From: Amoebidium appalachense | Taxonomy: Eukaryota; Protista; Ichthyosporea | Length of the DNA: 64,000 bases | Direction of reading: 5' to 3' | NCBI GenBank assembly: GCA_963693365.1 | Contig: CAVNZM010000015.1 | Span: 2,480,001 to 2,544,000, forward strand | Shown: positions 35,187 through 64,000 of the stretch, piece after piece | Layout: every line of letters begins with the position of its first letter | Numbering within the stretch: the first letter of the stretch is position 1 | Notes under the pieces: model-generated | What the model saw: only the letters and a program-made list of their open reading frames with translations | Database searches by the model: none | Told to the model about the DNA's origin: nothing | Program-made: the position numbers and the translations under genes

Positions 35187-36716
35187 TTTACTAAGTGTCG
35201 CCCCTTCCTGCCATATGCACAACACGCACCCAACACACACACCGTACCACAAGCTTCTGTGCTTCTACTGCGTCGCTTCCAAAAACGTTTCGTAGTCACC
35301 ACAATGGATAAAGCTAGCAACACGTTCGTGATCGTCTGCAAAAAACACTACGTTAGCAGCAATACAGCCGAACTGCATGCACCTGCCGCAACATACACCG
35401 TCTGCAACACTGCACCAAAAGACATTGTTGCACAACACCTTGCATTTCTCAAAACACATGACATAAAAGGCACACCAGGACGTCGCACTGCACGCTTGCC
35501 CACATTTCAGGCCATAGTTAAAATGCACAAAACACCACCCACCTTCCGTTTCATTGCCAACTCCTCTGCCACATCACTTGAACCTCTCTCCCGCCTTCTC
35601 ACTAGTGTGTTTAAGTTCGTCTCCCCTGATGTCGAACGTATGTGGTGTGATGTTGTCAAACCCCACCTGCCACACAACACTAGCTCTTGGATTCTCACGG
35701 ATAGCACCGCACTCACACACACAATCAACGCCCTTAACCGTACCACACGCCAACACGAAAATACGCCCGTGTCTGTGTTTGATTTTTCCACACTCTACAC
35801 CAAGATTGACTTGCATGATTTGAAAGCTCGCCTCACTACACTGATTGACGCAATATTTGTCAAAAAATGCACGGACGCTCGCAAACCACACATGTTTATT
35901 AAGAAAACCGGCTCCACGTTGTCCTGGGTGGATCGTGTAGATGATGATTCCCAGGATGATTCCTTTGAGCCTAAAGAACACTCTCTACATCTCTCTAAGG
36001 CACAGCTTGTGGATTTTCTATGTTTCCTCGTAGATAACATATATGTTGTGTTTGGCGATACCCTCTACAAACAGGACATTGGTATCCCCATGGGTACAAA
36101 CTGTGCTGTTTTCTTGGCTAATTTCTATCTCTTTACTTATGAGTTGGATTTTGTTCGCAAGCTTATTGCACACGAACGCATTGATGTCTTGGTAGATTTT
36201 CAGTTTACTCGCCGCTACATAGATGATTTGATCTCCCTTCATAATCCTCGCATTCTCTCCCACCTCTATTTAGAAGATTGTGATTTCGGTCTATATCCCA
36301 AGACCAGCCTTCAACTCAACCCTGCCGGTTCCTCCCCCTCTGTCCCCTACCTCGACTTGCATATCACCTGCACTAATCACGGCATTCACACAACCATCTA
36401 CAACAAGCTCGACACACCCACGTTCAATACACTAGACATCGTTCGTTTCCCACATCACGACTCATTCATCTCCCGCACTGCAAAATACGGCATCATGACA
36501 AGTCAAATGCATAGCTACCAGCGCAAATGCTCCACACTTGCTGCATTCACCACATGCACTGCACGACTTGCTAAAACATTGCTTAACAAAGGCTACTCGT
36601 TTAGACTCTTGCACCACAAAATGCACAGCTTTCTCGCCACACACCCGCACATATACCGTGGCGTTCACTCCTCTCACATACTCTCCATCATCACTAAAAA
36701 GATCAACACTCCCTAG
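35187..36716 (+). CDS. Penelope-like reverse transcriptase, N-terminally truncated, no C-terminal GIY-YIG
   Basis: DKASN (DKG-like motif); IVKMHKTPPTFRFIANS; motif A VFDFSTLYTKID; long A-B' insert (IFD-like); B' YKQDIGIPMGTNCAVFLANFYL; C RRYIDDL; E VPYLDLHI; thumb KYGIMTSQMHSYQRKCS...LLNKGY; stop shortly after the thumb. Confidence 0.9.
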   Translation, partial: FTKCRPFLPYAQHAPNTHTVPQASVLLLRRFQKRFVVTTMDKASNTFVIVCKKHYVSSNTAELHAPAATYTVCNTAPKDIVAQHLAFLKTHDIKGTPGRRTARLPTFQAIVKMHKTPPTFRFIANSSATSLEPLSRLLTSVFKFVSPDVERMWCDVVKPHLPHNTSSWILTDSTALTHTINALNRTTRQHENTPVSVFDFSTLYTKIDLHDLKARLTTLIDAIFVKKCTDARKPHMFIKKTGSTLSWVDRVDDDSQDDSFEPKEHSLHLSKAQLVDFLCFLVDNIYVVFGDTLYKQDIGIPMGTNCAVFLANFYLFTYELDFVRKLIAHERIDVLVDFQFTRRYIDDLISLHNPRILSHLYLEDCDFGLYPKTSLQLNPAGSSPSVPYLDLHITCTNHGIHTTIYNKLDTPTFNTLDIVRFPHHDSFISRTAKYGIMTSQMHSYQRKCSTLAAFTTCTARLAKTLLNKGYSFRLLHHKMHSFLATHPHIYRGVHSSHILSIITKKINTP

Positions 36717-37120
36717 TCCCCCACTCTATCCCGGTTCCCCCCCCCCCCCCCCCCCCCCCCTCCCCCCTACCAGCCCCTACACCTCCCCCCCCCCCCCCTC
36801 CCCCCCCTCCCTCTCTCTCTCCCTCTCTCTCTCCCTCTCCCTCTCTCTCCCTCCCTCTCTCTCTCTCTGTCTCCCTCTCTCGCTCTCTTTCGTTCTCTCT
36901 CGTTCTCTCCCTCCCTCTCTCTCTCTCTCCCTCTCCCCCTCTCTCCCCCTCTCCCCCCCTTCCCCCCCTCCCCCCCCCCCCCCCCCCCCCCCCCTCTCTC
37001 TCCCCCCGCTCCTTTTCCCAAACAATTCCCCCGCCGTTCTTCTTTCTCAGCCGGCTAGGTTTTTTGGGTTGCCTGGTAAGTTTTGAAATGGAGGTCTCGT
37101 CTCTGATCTGTCCACCACAG

Positions 37121-37156
<36 letters not shown>

Positions 37157-37206
37157 CTTCCCCTCCCTCCCTCCCCTCCCTTCCCTCCCCCCCCCCCCCC
37201 CCCCCC

Positions 37207-37242
<36 letters not shown>

Positions 37243-37370
37243 CCCCCCCCCCCCCTTCTCCTCCCCCCCCCCCCCCCCTTCCCCTCCTACCTTCTTTTTC
37301 CCCCCCCCCCTTCCCCCCCCCCCCCCCCCCCCCCCCTGGCCAAACCCTGTATACACTCTTCTCATCAGCA

Positions 37371-37689
37371 GGTCTCTAACCCACTCTGCAGAACGTTTTA
37401 CGCATTTCTCCCCTCGGAGAACTTGGTCGTTGGTGCGTTTTTGTCTGACATCTAACGACTCTGCAGGGTCCCCTGAGACTACTGACACTCTAACATTCCC
37501 TCCCCTCTCTTACTTCCCCCCCCCCCCTCCCCCTTTCCCTCCTCCTTCCCCTCCCATTTTCTCTGCACACCCAACAGGTCTTAACCAGATCTGCACATCG
37601 TTAGTCACAATCTTCTCACATATATGAGAGAATGATCGTATTGGTACGATTTGTCTAATATCTGACGATTCTGCAGCATCCCTAAGACC
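37371..37689 (+). ncRNA. Two diverged copies (37371-37480, 37577-37689) of a ~110-nt branched RNA structure in the element's 3' region
   Basis: Outer stems ggtctc/gagact and ggtctta/taagacc; inner ctgca..cgtt/aacg..tgcag and ctgca.atcgttag/ctgacgat..tgcag; apical hairpins. G-U pairs favour the + strand. Confidence 0.5.
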
Positions 37690-37756
37690 CCCCTCCCCCT
37701 CCCCCTCCCCCTCCCCCCCCCCCCCCCCCCCCCTCTCTCTCTCTCTCTCCCTCTCC

Positions 37757-37874
<118 letters not shown>

Positions 37875-37879
37875 TTCCT

Positions 37880-37912
<33 letters not shown>

Positions 37913-37972
37913 GCGCCTGTTGTTTTGCTTGTCATTGTTGTTCTGGTTGATTACCTGTAATCTTCCCTTATT

Positions 37973-38007
<35 letters not shown>

Positions 38008-38567
38008 TGTGCGGGGTTGCACATACCGGTGTCTACTTTTCTTCTTACTGTTTTTCTCTCCACACACTTCATCTGTCCACTTCTGCATACCCCCTTTCAT
38101 AGCTATAGACACACTTCACACATTGCGTTACGCGCACGCATGCACACACCGCTCTGTTGGCGACAGCTCCCTTGGAACCCATGCGGCATGTTACCCGCCG
38201 GCGTAACATAACTCGGACTATCGGTTTGGCTTTTTTCAAGCCCAAAGCAATGGGTGATACCATATTTCCGGCTGACATCCGGGGGCATAGCTTTCCGTTC
38301 GAAGACGATAAAGTTCCGCCCTAGTAAGCGTGTTACTACCCTGCGGCGTGGGTCAAATCTCATATTTTCCCCTCTGATTACGAATTCTGTGGCCTTCGGG
38401 ACTTAATTCTTTTCAGCTGGTGTAGTATGTTAGCCAGGGAAGTATCGACTTAGGTATCGACGGGGGAGCTTCCTAGAAGCCCCGTCTCCTGAGTTCCTAT
38501 CTATATTTTTCTTGCTTCTGCTTACTGCTGCAACTTTAACCCCCGGCCTTTCCCACTGCCCTTGCCT

Positions 38568-38727
38568 GCATAAGCAACCCTGCTCGTCTCTGATCAAGAC
38601 GGGTGACCTACTCATGTTCAAGTGAAACAGTATCTGAGTTGGGTTTCGTTAACGAGGGGAATAGGTCGAAACTCGGGTACTGTGGATGACGTGGGCCCCC
38701 CCTGAGGATGGGCTCTGCTTATTATGC
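38568..38727 (+). ncRNA. Structured RNA motif (~160 nt) containing a K-turn, at the 3' end of the Penelope-like element
   Basis: Stems ataagca/tgcttat, gctcgtct/agacgggt, ctcatg-t-tca/tga-cgtggg, cagtatctgagtt/aactcgggtactg. K-turn tca-AGT-GAa...gGA-tga. Homologous copies at 47914 and 48886. Confidence 0.65.
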
Positions 38728-40215
38728 ATACTCTTTATGTATGGCTTGCATTCTGCATCGTGTTATCCGTTTGTTCTTGTGTACTTCGTACTTTTTGACG
38801 CATTCAAACACCCCCCCCCCCCCCCCCCCCCCCCTCCCCCCCCCCCTCGTTTGGGTACTTCATCTAAAAAAGAATCTTGATTCAAACCCCCGACACACAC
38901 CCCTCAGCCCTAATAGGAGTAGGTGTTGCTCTTGATAATCTTTGCATACACAAGCAGTCTGCAATTGGTGGCGGCTTGTGTCGTATTGAGCGCACACAGC
39001 CACAGCATTTTGTCGTGGTTGGACGTTAGCATTAGAGTGAAAGCACTGAAGGGTAGCAGGGCACTATGTACATACTCGGCTAAATTTTTTCATGAGCCAC
39101 ACGAACCACAGTCATGCAAGACATATATAATGTTAGGCACATTATATAGGAACACTCCGACGGCTGAAAATGAGTGTCTTTTCATATCTTCGAATTGATG
39201 TGCACGTCTGGTGACCGATGTGATGTTGGGCCGTGCAGCTGCCGTGCACGACGCGCATGCGCATGAATGTGCAACATGCACATGTGGACACATCGGTGCA
39301 CATGTCATGCATAGTGTGGCGCGCACTAGGTATACATGAATGGTTGTGGCCGCAGCCCTGGCCGCCCTCGTTCCAGGTTCTGTCTAGTCTCGAGGGTCTC
39401 GACCGTCGCGGCCTGCGAGGTAGGGCCAAGTCTTCACACCTTGTGACTTGTCTTCTTCTGGCGAGTCGTGCCCAAGCCCAGCTGCCCAAACGTTTTTGGA
39501 CCCAAATGGACTCAAAGTCGCATGATATGCAGCAAATCAAATCAGATACTTTTGCAGTATGAGCATCTGATTGGTTTGCAAACCTAACAACACACAATCG
39601 GCGTCTACTCAAGACAACTTGCTATCGCCGCCCAGAACGGTTACACAACCCATAGGCCATGGCACAGAGCGGCCATGTACAGTGTACGAAAAGCGCATGC
39701 GTAACCCCATGGTACGACCTAAACGCTGTTTAGTTCCTAGGATTCTAACCTATCTCGTTGCCAAGACAACACTCGGGGTCACCGGTCAGCCCCAATTGCA
39801 CATCTTCTCCCTCGTATTGCCAGCCAACTTGCATCCAACTGGCTTCGTAGCAGAGTGTCCCCCCGAACACACCAATTGGGCACATGGCCCATGGTATCTG
39901 TGCACCGGCAACTGCACAGCCAAGCAGAACTAGCGTTGCCAAACCACCATCCCAGTAAACCTGGCGCCAAGAAGGCAGCTCAGCAGAGCCAGCACAACTG
40001 GGCAGCCCAGATCTAGAGCCAACCAAGCACTCACCCACTCACACCTGGAGCCAACCAAGCAGCCAAGCAGATCCTAAGCCAACTCTCAGGCTTGTGCGTG
40101 CCGAGGGCACATTGTGGCGGCCGTTGCAGCCACCGCCCTGGCTATTACACCTTTTCGCCAGAGGCTGCACATAGAAAACGAGGTGGTGTGCAGCCCCACA
40201 GGGGCATAGGGCCAC

Positions 40216-52347
<12,132 letters not shown>

Positions 52348-52429
52348 CTTTGCGCCACTTGGGTTAAAAAAAAGTTCACGTAGCCCCATTGGGGTTAAAA
52401 AAGTTACTGCAATGCAGTGCCGTGGGGGG

Positions 52430-58908
<6,479 letters not shown>

Positions 58909-59407
58909 GTTTGGTGGGTGGGTGGGGCTGCATGCAGCGACTGTGTGGGTGCACAGTGTGCGGTGTTCAAGTGTGGCGGCATTTGTTCCAGGGTCCGTTT
59001 CAAGATAATTTTTGCATTCCATGCCCTGCCAGCCAATCAGTAATGCCGCACCATTGCTTCGCAGCCATTGGCTAGCACGGCACCCAGTTAAAAATTATGC
59101 AACACTGGTGGCCAAAACTCGAGACAGATCAAGATTCTAATATGTAAGTAAACGTCTGGATTTTTTGTAGGCTACCGAGCCTAAGGCTGGGGGAAAACAA
59201 GAAAACAATGGAGGGGGAGGGGGAGGAGGGGGGGGGCCGCTGAGGGCAGGGAGGGCAAGGCTGTGACTTCCCGGCCGCAGGGCGCCGTGGCAACCGTTCA
59301 CGGTGCTCATATGCATGCATGACAACAATAGATCTCAGATTCTGTATTCTCTCCGTGCTTTCTGGATCTCTCTCTCTTTCTCTCCGGAGCCTCTCTACCC
59401 CTAGCCT

Positions 59408-59873
<466 letters not shown>

Positions 59874-60299
59874 GGAGGCAAGACCATTTCTCGCTACCGT
59901 CGTAGCTCCCCGAGACTCATGGACATTCAAATCAGAGGCAATTACGGGAGTTTATTATTTTGAAAAATGAAATAAACACTCTAAAAGAGTATATATGTAC
60001 TAACAACTGTTGATTGACATTTAACGAACCATGAAAACTATGGTGTGTGTGTGTGCATGTAAGTGCACGTACGGTGTGTGTGTGTGTGTGCACACCGTGT
60101 GTGTGTGGGTGTGTGGGTGTGTGTGTGTGTGCCTACCCTAAAGAAGGAAACAGTACTGTCCCTAACGCGCAATGGCCAAGGATACCCCCTCATCTATCCA
60201 AATCTACTTAACTTACTTTTGTAATAGTCTTACAGCTTTGTGAATTCTTTTGTGTTTCTGAGCTCTACAGTTTATATCCCCGGGCTCGGCCGTATGTGT

Positions 60300-61370
60300 A
60301 GGAAAATAAAAATTAGCACTGGAGTGATTCTGATTCCCGCGCACTGAGTGCATCCTCGGTTCTGACAAACGCATCCATATACATGTACAATAGTATCTTG
60401 GATAGAAGTGGTGAATGGCCGCCAAAACCGCTCGACAGTGGGCCAGCCCATCGTGCAGCCGTGAAGGTCTTGGATCATGATACAGCTCTGCAGCATAACT
60501 GCATGCTTAGAGGCTCATCAATAACCCAGACATTTTCGCACCTGTCGATACCCCGGGTAGTCTTACACCAGCCAACAAATTGGTCTAGCACCCGATCATA
60601 ATGACGGATGATAGCTGATTGTCTGCCGATGTTCAATACCCGCGCCACCCTGGGACTCGGAATGATTGCGCGTGACGGTTCATCTGCGGGGTTATGTGTT
60701 AAGGCACCCACACCCAGGATGGACGCACTGCTGCTGCGCACAGGAGAGCTGCCACTCTCCTGCAGAGGTGGTTCAGGCGCCGAGAACTTAATTGATCTCC
60801 CCTTGGCCACAGCATACACCAAATGTGTTGTCAATCAGATGTGCGACCCGTGTGGGGTGATTAGGTGGAGCTCGTACAAAACGACGAAGTGACAAAAGCA
60901 ACGCGTGTCCCTCTAAAATGGTGATGTGATCTGTGTGCTGCCACCGTGCGGAAATGGGATGGTGCCTCTGCAAGCCATCCACTATATCCAACAAGCTAGC
61001 GGCGCATGCGGGGGGGTCCGGCTCGAGTGACTGGGGAACGGAGGTGGGCTCTTCAATTTCATTTGCAACATAATAAACATCGCTGCACTCGACCCATGAC
61101 GACATTTAACGAGGGTCGCCGGCGTTCGTGTCGTGCCCGTCGGGGGAAAGAAAGGCATGCCCACCGGGTTTCGAGATGGACTTGGACAGCGCCAATAACA
61201 TCGGTTGCTCAACCGTGACATTCAATTTGATGGTCGACAGCGACAAGAGGGTCTTTGCAAATGTGCCCGTGCTGGTGCTGGACCCCCAGGGCAACGTCGT
61301 GACACCCCCATCACAGATGCTAACGGCGAGTTCACCATCAACGGGCCCCCAACCAAGTATGTGGTAGTCC
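60300..61370 (-). mobile_element. Decayed DIRS-like tyrosine-recombinase retrotransposon fragment (RNase H + start of YR)
   Basis: Across frameshifts: HITILEGHALLLSLRR...RVAHLIDN-THLVYAVAKGRS-RLNHLCRRVAALL...WVWVP-HNPADEPSR (DIRS-type RNase H); then IRHYDRVLDQFVGWC (YR core-binding-like) and ILLYMYMDAFVRTEDAL (YR box-I-like). Confidence 0.75.
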
Positions 61371-61439
61371 CCAATCTGCCCACCAACCGCCTAGGCCCAG
61401 CCCGGACTACCGCTTCGACGTGCCCCTGCTTCGACGTGC

Positions 61440-61480
<41 letters not shown>

Positions 61481-61531
61481 AGAGAGAGACACACACACAC
61501 ACACAGACACACACACACACACACAGACACA

Positions 61532-61582
<51 letters not shown>

Positions 61583-62164
61583 CCGCCCACGCACCCGCCC
61601 ACCCGCCCGCCCACCCGCCAACCCACCCACCCACCCACCTACCCACACGACCAGCGGACCTGGGCGCATGGCTAGTCCCCAACGTACATGCAAGCTGACC
61701 AAGTCGGAACCAACACTGGTTCACTTGGTGATATCCAGCTGAAGGTTAAAGGCACACATTTCTTCGGGCAGCACGTACGTCGAACAGGCTGCACGACACA
61801 CAGCTTTAATATATTCATACTTGTTCCTCTAAATTTCAACAACCAGCTTGGCACCATCACTCCTCAACATATGTGTATGTGTTCTTTATACATCTCAAAC
61901 AGTGCATGACCGTCATAAATAGCTACCTGCAAGCAAACATTCTTGTCTCAAACTGACTTAGGCGGAAAAGTGTGCGCAAACAGCCTACGCATGCTGCGCA
62001 GTCTAATAATGATATTTTAAAACATAGAAGCGCAATGCACCACACACCATTACCCATCATTTTTGTGCATGCTTAAAGTTGTTCGTTGCGTGCTGGCTTG
62101 GAGAGAGTGACCATCTGAACCATCAACGCGCAATGCACCACACACACCATAGCATATGTGGCAT

Positions 62165-62922
62165 CTAGAAGTTCTTGAAAGTTTCCTCGTAGGGATCACG
62201 GTAACCATCGCCACACCACACCACGGGCTCTTCGTCATAGCGGTCAAAGTTGCTGGCATCACCCGGCCCTGTGGTCTTAGGGATGTAGGGGGAGGGCACC
62301 TTCATGGCATACAGCGCATCCCAGTCCACACCCTATTAAAACCCCCCAGTGAGTAAACGTCTGCTTTGTTATGTTAAAGAAGGTTTCTTTTGGGGATCCG
62401 GTTTGGGATGAAAGCGATTTAGGCTTTATGATTGGCGAGATGCAGTGCATGCATTTTAGCCTGACCCGAAAGAGGAATATAAATCGGCCAGAAAGGAACC
62501 CCTTTTACGTACGCACAAGGTTGTGTGTGCGTGCTTCTAAGGGCTTCATACAGTATTGGACTTGGAGTGATTTTGAGTTGCAAGGTGTGTGCTGTGCGTG
62601 CCTGTAGCTGCTCTGTGTTCCGTGTTTGTCAAGGTGTGTGGGTATAAAGATGCGCCACTGAGACATTAAACTGTGCCATTGTAGACCTTAAGAGGAATTT
62701 CTGCAGGTCCATGTGTGTGTGCACGTGTGCTTGCTTGAATGTGTGTGTGTGCACGGGTGCAATGATGTGTGTGTGTGTGCATGCATGGGTGCTATGGTGT
62801 GTGTCTGTGTGCGTGTCGTGTGAGCTTGTTTGAACATTCGTGTGTGTGTCTTCGTGTCATGTTTGTTTGTGTAGGTGTGCCTGTAAACGAATCCAAGTCG
62901 ATCTCGGTCATCTTTACCCCCC

Positions 62923-62956
<34 letters not shown>

Positions 62957-63157
62957 CCCTTTCCCCGGATCTCCCCTACAACCACCACCCCGCCACTGCC
63001 ACCTACACCTCATAAGCGCATGCCTCGGTGTGTGTATGCGTGAGTGTGCAGGTGCTTGGTATGTGCAGTTCCTGTCCATGTCCGCGTGTGCGCATTTGTG
63101 GTGCTGTATGTGTGTGCAGCAGGATGTGTGTGTGCGTGTGGGAAGGAACACTAGGGA

Positions 63158-63252
<95 letters not shown>

Positions 63253-63276
63253 GGGCGTGCGTGTCTGTTGTCTGTC

Positions 63277-63343
<67 letters not shown>

Positions 63344-63517
63344 GTGCGCACCTGTGCATGTGTGCATGTATGTGTGTGTGCTCGTGTGTTTGGGGAAACA
63401 AAGGCAACCAATGCGCACCTTGAAGTACGGGTGGTCCTTTATCTCCCGTGCGCCCCCCTTCATGTTGCCCAGCCTCTTAGTCAGATCACTGGTGAGGAAC
63501 TGAGAGATGATGTGTTT
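62165..63517 (-). CDS. Last two exons (63419-63517, 62165-62332) of a cAMP-dependent protein kinase catalytic subunit (PKA/PRKX-like); 5' part is beyond the right edge
   Basis: [33 protein letters not shown]|[35 protein letters not shown]...YEETFKNF* (AGC tail ending FxxF). Confidence 0.9.
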
Positions 63518-64000
63518 CTGTAGCCCCCCAGTCAGCAATGTGCCCCACCCGACCAGCCCACTATTAAGGTCTATGTCTGTCTTATCTCGATGTGAACGGC
63601 ATACTGCAAAAGTCAAAAGCTGACGTCGTTAGTGGCTCACGGCCGGTCATGCTGCTAAAATGGAGCGCACTGATTGGTTTCTACCAGATATGGGATGCCC
63701 ATTAATGGAAATTCGACGCATAAGGAGAACTGCATGCATGCCATGGAGAAATGTCGACATATTCCGTTCAACCAACCGCCGCTTCTCCCATTTTAGCAGC
63801 TGGGGGCGGCGAGCACCACCCATGATCCACATTGCTTAAATGACTCTGACCAATCAGCACACGTTTTCATTTTGTGCTATTTCGCCGAGACTGGCCTATG
63901 CCGACATCCGACGAAGCCTGTCCCACCCCCCCCTCCCCCCCCCTCCCCCCCCCCCCCCCCCCCAGGGGCCATTTTCGCGCCGTTTCCTGGGCACCCAAAA

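Noticed and set aside
37355-37372. Minus-strand CTGATGAG hammerhead core
   Set aside because: No downstream stem II and GAAA.
38380-38435. U2 snRNA (gtgtagtat)
   Set aside because: Only a 9-nt match; the 5' end, stem I spacing and Sm site do not fit.
38583-38686. 5S rRNA or 5S-derived SINE (ctcgtc..tgatc, gggaata, cgggtactgt resemble 5S)
   Set aside because: The middle does not align and the supported pairings are incompatible with the 5S fold; kept only as an alternative to test.
38618-38690. SECIS element (some Naiads encode selenoproteins)
   Set aside because: A GA/GA core and a long helix exist, but there is no apical AAR and the RT ORF has no in-frame TGA.
38660-38715. Hammerhead ribozyme (CGAAAC ... 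CTGAGGA)
   Set aside because: Core-like words are present, but stems I and II cannot be formed in any type I/II/III order, and GAAAC is buried in a covarying stem.
39090-40040. Possible gene divergent from COG7
   Set aside because: No consistent spliced frame or recognisable motif could be built.

Overview
Intron-rich eukaryotic DNA, most likely a unicellular holozoan (ichthyosporean-like; inferred from the LIM-homeobox, MAPKAPK2 and animal-type ferrochelatase genes and the intron style). Reading exons by hand across (CA)n/(GT)n and poly-G/C introns gives ten protein genes: an unknown helical protein (-, runs off the left edge), TBCE (+), RAD52 (-), MAPKAPK2 (+), ZFAND1 (-), a LIM-homeobox factor (-), SEC61A (+), COG7 (+), FECH (-) and the last exons of a PKA-type kinase (-). 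There are two mobile elements: a 5'-truncated Penelope-like (Naiad/Chlamys-type) RT element between poly-C tracts, and a decayed DIRS-like RNase H/tyrosine-recombinase relic. The strongest novelty candidate is the Penelope-like element's long 3' region. It holds covarying structured-RNA motifs, one with a canonical K-turn, and 5'-truncated copies of its 3' end recur at poly-C tracts in COG7 and SEC61A introns. Other oddities: a G80D-equivalent change in Sec61alpha, tandem amplification of splice donors and branch sites, two convergent genes whose stop codons lie in a triplicated CTAG, and three 14-3-3-type motifs in the LIM-HD tail. Most ORF-track entries are artefacts of GC-rich or microsatellite DNA, and homopolymer regions may contain sequencing errors. 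No searches were run; all calls come from reading the sequence.
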